Positions 18,631 through 25,426 of a DNA stretch of 25,426 nucleotides are shown here, piece by piece. Position numbers and translations under genes: made by a program. Within the stretch, counting starts at the first letter, position 1. Each line of letters begins with the position of its first letter. The stretch comes from a virus (taxonomy: Duplodnaviria; Caudoviricetes): IMG/VR virus record IMGVR_UViG_3300008117_000300, positions 1 to 25,426 of that record; one strand, given 5' to 3'. The notes under the pieces are model-generated. The model had not been told where the DNA came from and ran no database searches. It saw only the letters and a list, made by a program, of their open reading frames with translations.

Positions 18631-19103
18631 ATTTGGTCCCTGAGTTTTCTAATAATCATACGTGTCATGTTTGATGTATTAGGATTTGCTGCAATAGTTA
18701 ATAAAGCTGGCATATAAGCGGCAATTTGTGCTCTGTAAGCATCGTCCATTGCTTGATCACGACTACCTAAACCTAAAGCATCCATACCTACGCCTGGTCC
18801 AAAATCAGCCCCGTCAGTAACTGGAATATTTGGCATTGAGGTTGGTGCATTCATTGGTACAACTGATTGTGAGGCTGCGGCTGATGCGAGGCCCGAAGGC
18901 ATACTTGATTGTTCAATACTCGGAGCCGCAGCCAAAGGAGAAGCTTGCTGCGTTTGCATTAGAGCCTGTCCTTCTCCATAAGGGAGACCTGGGACATATT
19001 TGGCTGCTTGTGTAGCGTCACCGCTTTGACCATTACCACCACGCGCAGAAACATTCATAGGATTGTTTTGCGGTGCTGTTGGTCTCATTCCACCTCTTGC
19101 CAT
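18627..19103 (-). CDS. Hypothetical Pro/Gly/Ala-rich protein (158 aa)
   Basis: AAGGA SD, TTGA overlap with the next gene, motifs GLPYGEG and P..PVTDGA..GPG.G. Confidence 0.8.
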   Translation of the reverse strand: MARGGMRPTAPQNNPMNVSARGGNGQSGDATQAAKYVPGLPYGEGQALMQTQQASPLAAAPSIEQSSMPSGLASAAASQSVVPMNAPTSMPNIPVTDGADFGPGVGMDALGLGSRDQAMDDAYRAQIAAYMPALLTIAANPNTSNMTRMIIRKLRDQI

Positions 19104-19128
19104 TATTATACGTCCTTAAATTTAATTA

Positions 19129-19311
19129 TTACTTACCAGCGCGTTTTGGTGCTTTGCCACCACGTGTACCAGATGGTTGTGCAGAGAACATTGTCTTTGA
19201 CATACCTGGTTTTGCAATACTTGGAACACCAGATTTTTTAACTGGTTGTTCGTAAGCTTTTCCAGCAGACCCTTGGTTTGCTGGCTTCTTTCCGCCACTA
19301 AATGACTTCAT
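19129..19311 (-). CDS. Small basic protein (60 aa)
   Basis: AAGGA SD, Lys/Gly-rich, fills the gap after the portal gene. Confidence 0.75.
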   Translation of the reverse strand: MKSFSGGKKPANQGSAGKAYEQPVKKSGVPSIAKPGMSKTMFSAQPSGTRGGKAPKRAGK

Positions 19312-19325
19312 TTTTTTTCCTTTTC

Positions 19326-21152
19326 TTAGCCCGCAGGGACCATTCTTGAGACACTAGAAGATAGTGTCGGCTTGCCACCACCGGTAAGTCCGGCGAGCAA
19401 ACTTTGTATTGGTGGACGACCACCTTGTCCCACTTGTCCTGGCACCACGCCACGTGGACCACCAGTTATTGCACTTAATCCTGAAGCACCACCAGAGGGA
19501 ACCTGACCTGAGGAACCGGGGACGGGTTGTTCCATACCAGGTGGTACAACCTCAGCAGAAGGTGGCGCTTGAGGGGCAAACGCTTCCGCGATTACCTGCT
19601 CTATAGGTTGACCTTTTTGTCTACCAGCGATAACTGTTGCAATACGTGAAAGAATCTCACCAGGATCTTGTCCTTGTGTTGCAAGTGAAGGGATAGCTTG
19701 CGCGTATCCACTTATTGCTGCAACAAGAGAGTCACGCAGTTTTTCAATTTCAATCTTTTGTTCTTCTTGTGTAACGTTGATTTCCCAAGGCATCTGACGG
19801 CGGAGGAAGTCGCGAGAAATTAATTGGTCTCCGCGCGCTTGGAGTCCGAATACCAAAGCCTGGTTGGGGTTTAATCCGGCCATCAGTCCATAGGTGATAT
19901 CAACCGTGTAATCCCCATCAATATCCTTGTTGGGGGTGTAGGTGATTTCATACGGTGCGCCAGCATCTACGCCGCGTACCGTCTTCTCGGTATTACCGAA
20001 AAGTTTTTCGTCCATTTCAAAGCAAAGTTCAAATACTTTTTTCAATGCTTCAGCAAGAACTGATTGAGCAGTTTTAACTTGTGTATCAAAACCACCCATA
20101 AGGGCTTCAACGCCACGACCAGTAACAATAGATCCTTGGCTTACGCCTTGTCTACCTTCTGGGTAACGTGAACCCATACGCATTTCTTGATCAAGAATTT
20201 GTGATTCTGCAAATAATCCAGGAGGCACATTTAAATCAACACGTCTAATCTTTTCTGGAGATGCAGAACGTATAGTTGCGTCAGGTCCCATTTCAAGGAC
20301 GTTAACATCTGCAGGCAAAGCAAAAGGTGCCTGAACAGATTTTTGTGCCGCCTCAAGTTGTAAAGTAGCAAAACGGGCACGGGCTACTTGAACCCAAAGA
20401 ACATCATCAAACTGTCCACGTTGTTGCTCATCAGAGTCAACACCTGGACGAACAGCAAAAATAACATTAAGTTTACCAAGAGGATTCTTAGCGCGTTGTA
20501 AAATGTAATTAGCACGTTCTGGTAGAAAAAGAACTGTTTCATCTTTGTCCATATAGCGCACAAGTTGTACAGGGCGCATAGAACCACGTTGTTCAAACTT
20601 ACCAAGGATTACAGATTCGTATTCTGGAAAATCGTTAACTAGATCTTGTGCAGCTTTAATGTAAAGTTTTGTGTAAGAAAGTAAACGACCAAAACGGTCA
20701 AACTCAGGGTAAGAGTTAATAGGATTGTCAATACGAATACGAGGAGTTTTATTTTCGTAATCAGATTCAACAATAAAAGGTAGGGCACCAAAAGTAACAT
20801 AACGGTCAGCACCGGTAAACATTTCAACCTGTAGGCGTGAAGTGTCTCTATAGCCGGCTGCAATCATTGTACGCTTGTCGGCACGGGTACGTGCTCTATC
20901 TGATACAGCATTAGTTGCTGAACAGTTAATAGCAGGCAGTGGTGCGATTACTTCAGCAATGTCGCGTGCAGCAACGTCAATAAAGTTAGCCACCATTGGC
21001 TTAGGGTATTCTGCTGGAAACAAACCAGGAAATACTTGGTTTATGTTTCCTTTACGTACCTCAAGTACGTCACCCCAACGAGCGTCACGATTTGCGTAAC
21101 GTTGTTTCAGTTGTTGATAGGCGTTAGCAATATCTTCAATCTTGCGTGCCAC
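19326..21152 (-). CDS. Portal protein (608 aa, GTG start)
   Basis: Directly follows the terminase, size is typical, AGGAG SD, helical core with a Pro/Gly/Gln-rich C-terminal tail as in podovirus portals. Confidence 0.8.
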   Translation of the reverse strand: MARKIEDIANAYQQLKQRYANRDARWGDVLEVRKGNINQVFPGLFPAEYPKPMVANFIDVAARDIAEVIAPLPAINCSATNAVSDRARTRADKRTMIAAGYRDTSRLQVEMFTGADRYVTFGALPFIVESDYENKTPRIRIDNPINSYPEFDRFGRLLSYTKLYIKAAQDLVNDFPEYESVILGKFEQRGSMRPVQLVRYMDKDETVLFLPERANYILQRAKNPLGKLNVIFAVRPGVDSDEQQRGQFDDVLWVQVARARFATLQLEAAQKSVQAPFALPADVNVLEMGPDATIRSASPEKIRRVDLNVPPGLFAESQILDQEMRMGSRYPEGRQGVSQGSIVTGRGVEALMGGFDTQVKTAQSVLAEALKKVFELCFEMDEKLFGNTEKTVRGVDAGAPYEITYTPNKDIDGDYTVDITYGLMAGLNPNQALVFGLQARGDQLISRDFLRRQMPWEINVTQEEQKIEIEKLRDSLVAAISGYAQAIPSLATQGQDPGEILSRIATVIAGRQKGQPIEQVIAEAFAPQAPPSAEVVPPGMEQPVPGSSGQVPSGGASGLSAITGGPRGVVPGQVGQGGRPPIQSLLAGLTGGGKPTLSSSVSRMVPAG

Positions 21153-21170
21153 TAGACTCCTAATTTAATA

Positions 21171-23075
21171 TTAATACCAGCCAGCATTGGCTAATCGTTG
21201 TTTCCTTGCATATTCTTCTAAATCCACCACTTGGCGTTTAGCCAAATCAATTGGTGTAGCAAAAGGGTTACGAACCCAAGTTTTGCCATAACTACCTTGC
21301 TGATTTACATAATCCCTTAATTGGGTTTCAGCGAACCACAAAGCCATAGGGCCGTCCTGTTTATTTTTAGTACCAGGAGACCAAGTGATCAGTTGTTCAA
21401 TAAGAGCTTTAACGCCCTCTGACTCGGCGCGAGGGAACTCAATAAGATTATTCTTAGCAGGTTTACCATCAGGACCAAAGGTACCAAAAAGAGTATTAAG
21501 AGAAGCCACACCATATTCAAGGTCCATCTTGTTAGAACCCGTGTAGTGTTGGACAAGCCTGATGCCCCGTGATTGTAAGAAAGCATTAATCTCTTCATCC
21601 TGTGTTAAGAATAATTGAAAAGCATTTTTTTCAATAACCCAAACAGCTGGTTTATATTTTTCAGTCCAAGTAAAAATTATTTCACGAATACGTTGAGGTG
21701 TTGGTGCAGGCATACGGGAAGCATCTAAAAGATAACGCTTCTTAGTACTTCTGTCACCAGTAATGGCCACAGTGAAAGTATCACCAGACATAGCAGGGTC
21801 CATAGCACAAACGGTGTAGAAGCCTGTAACGTCAGCAGGATAGCCAGGAGCGCCTGCAACAAGAGGACCACAACCACGCATACCATTAGCAGCAGCACGA
21901 ACCAGTTCTGGTGCAAACACAGACTCAGATTCAACATCTTGCTGTTGGTAAACCATAGCCCACGTTTTAGCATCCAAAACGCTACGGCGTTGCTTTAGTC
22001 TAGTTCCATCCCATCTAGGGAAGAAACCACTCTCATCAGGATCCACAGGATCCCCAGGCCAAGGCCTATCAGAATGAGGCCAAAGAGTAATCCAATTCTC
22101 AGGTTTCTCATCAAACTCCAAAACAGCCGGCATAGCCAAATACGTCCAAGGACTATTAGCTTCCGGATAACGATCAGGATTACGCAATTCTCGGTACATG
22201 TCAATTGGATCAACACGGGTACCAACAATAAGAAGTTTACCAGTAGGACCAATACGTGTCAAGACTTCTTGCTGAATCCATCTAATCTGTTTATCGTACT
22301 CACCAGCATTAGACAAAGTCACACAGTCATCAAGAATAATTAAGTCAGCACGGGCACCGTAGATTTGACCACCAATACCCAAAGCTTGAAGGGTAGGATC
22401 TTTTTCGCCGGATTCGCGTTCAATATAAATTGCGTCTTGCGTCCACTTATCAGCAGTAGCCTTAAAGCCATCAGCCGGGGCAAACCTACGTTGTAGGTCT
22501 ATATAAAACGGGGAAGTAAGTCTTTGCTTAACAGCATACAAAAACTCTTTAGCCATCGTCTGTGTCTTAGACACAACCTTAATACGAACAGCCGGATCAA
22601 CACAAATCCTATAGGTGATGTAGTCAATAGACACCGTCATAGACTTAGCATGCTCCGGTGGCATATTCACCAAAACATACTGGTCAGTACCCTTCTCATA
22701 CATCATAGAAGGATGCACCCAAGACGGAGCCTGGTTTTCAATCAAATCAATAATATTTTGTTGGTGAGCAAAAGTCTCAGACTTCATGAACTCTTTACGA
22801 AAGTCCCTAAACGTCATAGCCTTATCTTCGTCAGAGATATGACCACCTCGGGCCTTCAAGGCCCTAACCAGCTGAACCTGTTTCTTAAAATCAGGATCAG
22901 ACTCGGTGTAATAATAAAAAGTTTTACTAGACTTACCAACAGCGTGGCAAGCATCCTCAACAGAGAAACCAGCCTGAATCAATTCTAGGAGCCTGGACTT
23001 AGCATCACTGGCATTAAGTTTGGCACCAGGTTTCAACCGAAGGTGCAAAGAATCTGTAGGTTTAACCGGTTTCAA
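21171..23075 (-). CDS. terL: Terminase large subunit with N-terminal HTH-like extension (634 aa, TTG start)
   Basis: Walker A-like VNMPPEHAKS, G.RADLIILDD Walker B, IVGTR coupling motif, YQQ, RNase H-like AMDPA...IEKN...QDGPMA. GAGGAG SD 8 nt upstream. Confidence 0.92.
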   Translation of the reverse strand: MKPVKPTDSLHLRLKPGAKLNASDAKSRLLELIQAGFSVEDACHAVGKSSKTFYYYTESDPDFKKQVQLVRALKARGGHISDEDKAMTFRDFRKEFMKSETFAHQQNIIDLIENQAPSWVHPSMMYEKGTDQYVLVNMPPEHAKSMTVSIDYITYRICVDPAVRIKVVSKTQTMAKEFLYAVKQRLTSPFYIDLQRRFAPADGFKATADKWTQDAIYIERESGEKDPTLQALGIGGQIYGARADLIILDDCVTLSNAGEYDKQIRWIQQEVLTRIGPTGKLLIVGTRVDPIDMYRELRNPDRYPEANSPWTYLAMPAVLEFDEKPENWITLWPHSDRPWPGDPVDPDESGFFPRWDGTRLKQRRSVLDAKTWAMVYQQQDVESESVFAPELVRAAANGMRGCGPLVAGAPGYPADVTGFYTVCAMDPAMSGDTFTVAITGDRSTKKRYLLDASRMPAPTPQRIREIIFTWTEKYKPAVWVIEKNAFQLFLTQDEEINAFLQSRGIRLVQHYTGSNKMDLEYGVASLNTLFGTFGPDGKPAKNNLIEFPRAESEGVKALIEQLITWSPGTKNKQDGPMALWFAETQLRDYVNQQGSYGKTWVRNPFATPIDLAKRQVVDLEEYARKQRLANAGWY

Positions 23076-23089
23076 TGTAGATACTCCTC

Positions 23090-23584
23090 TGGCCCGTGAC
23101 TAGGTATATACCGGTAAAAAAATTTATAAAACCTAGGTACCGGGAGCGAACCGAAGTTAATGAGTGAGCGACCTCGTTTATACTCGTCGCTCTGAGCGTA
23201 GCCCCAAGCGAAGCGAAGAGCTTTCGGGCTGGAAGCCCTCAAGCCGGTAGAGGGGCGGGGCTTTTAAAAGCCCCTCTACTATATATAAGGCTGCAAGTTA
23301 TAGATTTCTTGCACACCATGTTTGACCTGCGAAAACACACCCCCCAGGTTTAGAAAAAATATGTTGGTAGAGACTATTGACTATAAGTTACTCCGGTTTA
23401 ATAACCCCGGGTCAATGCCTTACCCTCCTATTAGGACTTGGTTGTGGGTGTGCCAACCCATCTAATCGTGTGCTTCGCACACTCATTTATTAAAAGAAAG
23501 GGTTCCAAATTTACGCAGAACGCGCAATTATTTGTATAGAACGCCTAAGTTATAGGAACGGGAACGCTGACTATCGTATGACCC
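23090..23584. promoter_or_regulatory. Non-coding control region rich in palindromes and hairpins (late promoter, origin or packaging/terminus region)
   Basis: No credible ORF, many inverted repeats (e.g. GGGGCTTTTAAAAGCCCC at 23257-23274), located between the enzyme module and terL. Confidence 0.55.
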
Positions 23585-24406
23585 CTAAAAGCATGAAGCG
23601 CGCCCCAATCGGAACGCGCCACATATCGGACTACTTACTAGATAAACAAACTGAAGAACACGATAGCAAAGGCAATCATCCAAATCAGTCAAGCAGTCCA
23701 AACATGAACCACAGGTTGCACAAACAAAATCCACCAATGGATGAGGCTCGTACATCTCACAATTAAAACAAAAATCAGTTTGATAGTCGTCATCTTTCAC
23801 ATAGTCCCAATTGGATGAATAGTAATTCTTAGTCCCAAACATCCAAGAATCCTTCACCTGATAAGAATAATTTGACCACCAAAGCCCACCGACCCAATGA
23901 CCCAAATCCTCATTGAGAATATAGACCTGATTCTGCAATTCAGGAGCAGTTGAAAAAATGCAAATCTTAGAACCAGATACCAATTCTTCCAGTTCACCAA
24001 ATCCAGATTCATCATCCAACAATTCCAAGAAGTTAGGAAGCCAATCTTCAGCAAAAACCAAAGTATCGCTTCGGTCATCCCCTGCAGGAATCTCAACACC
24101 CAAGACCCCATTATGCGCCAAAATCAAATCTTGACGACCTCCAACCTCGTAGGGATGGGAGTTAGTTGTACATACTGAACCATGAGTTGCCCAGCGAGCA
24201 TGAAACATTGCCCAAGCATCCGGATATTGTGCGCGAACTTTCAGGAACTTGGACACCACACTTTCAGCGTTCAATCCCTTACCTGTCAGGATTCTATCCC
24301 CGACATGTATTGCATACCCAAATCCATCAGGGTTATTGGTGCAGGCACACATCAATTCCTTACGGGTCGGAGTGTAGTTAGGACTTGCAACCATTAATAG
24401 ACACAT
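23585..24406 (-). CDS. Class II (Ntn) glutamine amidotransferase with Cys-rich C-terminus (start revised to ATG at 24406)
   Basis: MCLLM start gives the catalytic Cys at the mature N-terminus. NPDGFG, HAR.ATHG, N.HP, HNG and SDT motifs. GGAG SD upstream, start 4 nt after the amidoligase stop. Confidence 0.88.
   Translation of the reverse strand: MCLLMVASPNYTPTRKELMCACTNNPDGFGYAIHVGDRILTGKGLNAESVVSKFLKVRAQYPDAWAMFHARWATHGSVCTTNSHPYEVGGRQDLILAHNGVLGVEIPAGDDRSDTLVFAEDWLPNFLELLDDESGFGELEELVSGSKICIFSTAPELQNQVYILNEDLGHWVGGLWWSNYSYQVKDSWMFGTKNYYSSNWDYVKDDDYQTDFCFNCEMYEPHPLVDFVCATCGSCLDCLTDLDDCLCYRVLQFVYLVSSPICGAFRLGRASCF
23587..23620 (-). terminator. Possible terminator at the end of the amidotransferase gene
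   Basis: Minus strand GGCGCGTTCC-GATT-GGGGCGCGCT followed by TCATGCTTTT. It overlaps the last codons of the ORF. Confidence 0.45.
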
Positions 24407-24410
24407 ATTC

Positions 24411-25426
24411 TTAGTTCTCCAGTTCTGCATGTAGATCGGAATTCGGACATTGTGGGACATCCACATTGTCAGTTAGTACGGAAAGAGATCGCTGAGAGTT
24501 GTTCACATCTTGCAAATCAGTACGAAATGAGCTTTGGATTCCAGATTCAGCATCAGAAGCTTTTGTCTTAAGCTGTGGAATCAAACCATATTCACACATT
24601 AAATCTATGAAAGAAGCACAATCGGTGCGATTCTCATTGACCCAATCAGCAAATCTGCCAAACTTCAATGCGCCCTGATTAATGTCGTGAACGCTTAAAG
24701 TTCTGGAGTATTGAATCGCACAATCAACAGATTCAATGGCAGAACGAACGCGCCTCTCATTAAGCGAGCCCCTAAAAATCCTAACCTCTATTGTGTCGGC
24801 ATTACTCAAATTAACGGCACAATATCGCTCCGGAAATTTTTCACCTTTCAGCACTTTCATAATTCCATTTTGTTCAGGGTCAAAAGATGCCCAACGACTT
24901 GAATCGCGTCCAGCCAACTTAGACCATGCACGCTGATTGCTTAAAATCAGTTGTGCAAATTTCCAAATATGACCAGAGGAAGCAAATCCGGTACGCGAAA
25001 TATGAACATGAAGCCCACAAGTTCCAGCAGACCAAGAACGATAACCCAATTCTTGCAACCCACTCAAAAACTTAAAATCAATCGCTTCTGAATAGTAGTT
25101 AAAAGTAAAAGGGAAAGTCACTAATTCATAGCCCCTATCAAGTGAACCATCAGCCTTAAAATAAACAAATTCGCCAAGTGATTCCTTCACTATATTCATG
25201 CCATCACTCATTGAATTATCCATTGATTCAACCTCTAATTCCATGCCATAAAACAGCCTAGAATCATCAGAATCAACAGAACCCATAAAAAAATTAGGGC
25301 GAGCAGGCTTGAAAGAATAATTCATGATTCCGTCATAATCAGAATTGTTCCAAGATTCCACATCATCAGGGTCATAGTTTGCATCACATAATTGGCGCTC
25401 CCACATATCGCAAAAATCGCACCAAG
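24411..25426 (-). CDS. Putative amidoligase (glutamine-synthetase-like COOH-NH2 ligase, Amidoligase_2-like), probably 5'-truncated by the window edge
   Basis: GMELEVE, K.DGSL..G.ELVT, TCGLHVHI, RY.AVN and TIEVR.FRG motifs. The frame stays open past the track's ATG to the edge (WCDFCDMWE...). Confidence 0.85.
   Translation of the reverse strand, partial: WCDFCDMWERQLCDANYDPDDVESWNNSDYDGIMNYSFKPARPNFFMGSVDSDDSRLFYGMELEVESMDNSMSDGMNIVKESLGEFVYFKADGSLDRGYELVTFPFTFNYYSEAIDFKFLSGLQELGYRSWSAGTCGLHVHISRTGFASSGHIWKFAQLILSNQRAWSKLAGRDSSRWASFDPEQNGIMKVLKGEKFPERYCAVNLSNADTIEVRIFRGSLNERRVRSAIESVDCAIQYSRTLSVHDINQGALKFGRFADWVNENRTDCASFIDLMCEYGLIPQLKTKASDAESGIQSSFRTDLQDVNNSQRSLSVLTDNVDVPQCPNSDLHAELEN

Noticed and set aside
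23378-23415. TTGAC...GTCAA as sigma-70 -35 boxes on either strand
   Set aside because: No good -10 hexamer at 16-18 nt spacing in either direction.
23578-23766. 62-aa plus-strand ORF, and other plus-strand ORFs such as 22524-22988 and 10836-11234
   Set aside because: Antisense to well-supported genes, with no recognisable motifs.
24407-24466. N-terminal 20 aa of the track's 293-aa ORF
   Set aside because: Ntn amidotransferases need Cys at the mature N-terminus. The SD and spacing support ATG 24406.

Overview
The window is a segment of a tailed dsDNA phage genome with every real gene on the minus strand. In transcription order (right to left) it holds: a 5'-truncated putative amidoligase (glutamine-synthetase-like COOH-NH2 ligase); a class II glutamine amidotransferase; a ~500 bp hairpin-rich non-coding region; terminase large subunit with an N-terminal HTH; portal; two small proteins; three probable internal/ejection proteins (1785 aa, 674 aa with a lytic transglycosylase domain, 361 aa); a structured leader; scaffold; major capsid protein with a terminator; small virion proteins; a Thr-rich collagen-like fibre; three paralogous tail/fibre tip proteins and a chaperone-like ORF; a GT2-TPR glycosyltransferase; a run of tiny, mostly basic proteins, three of them missing from the ORF track; a probable head-tail adaptor; a tail protein; and a 3'-truncated glycine-rich protein. 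No tape measure or tail tube gene is visible, so podovirus-like morphology is inferred. A freshwater actinobacterial host is plausible but not demonstrable here. The most notable candidates are a glycosyltransferase plus G-X-T collagen virion glycosylation system, an anti-SD pseudoknot leader before the scaffold gene, the amidoligase/GATase module, and a tail-fibre motif split across adjacent genes. All family assignments come from motif recognition by eye, not from database searches.
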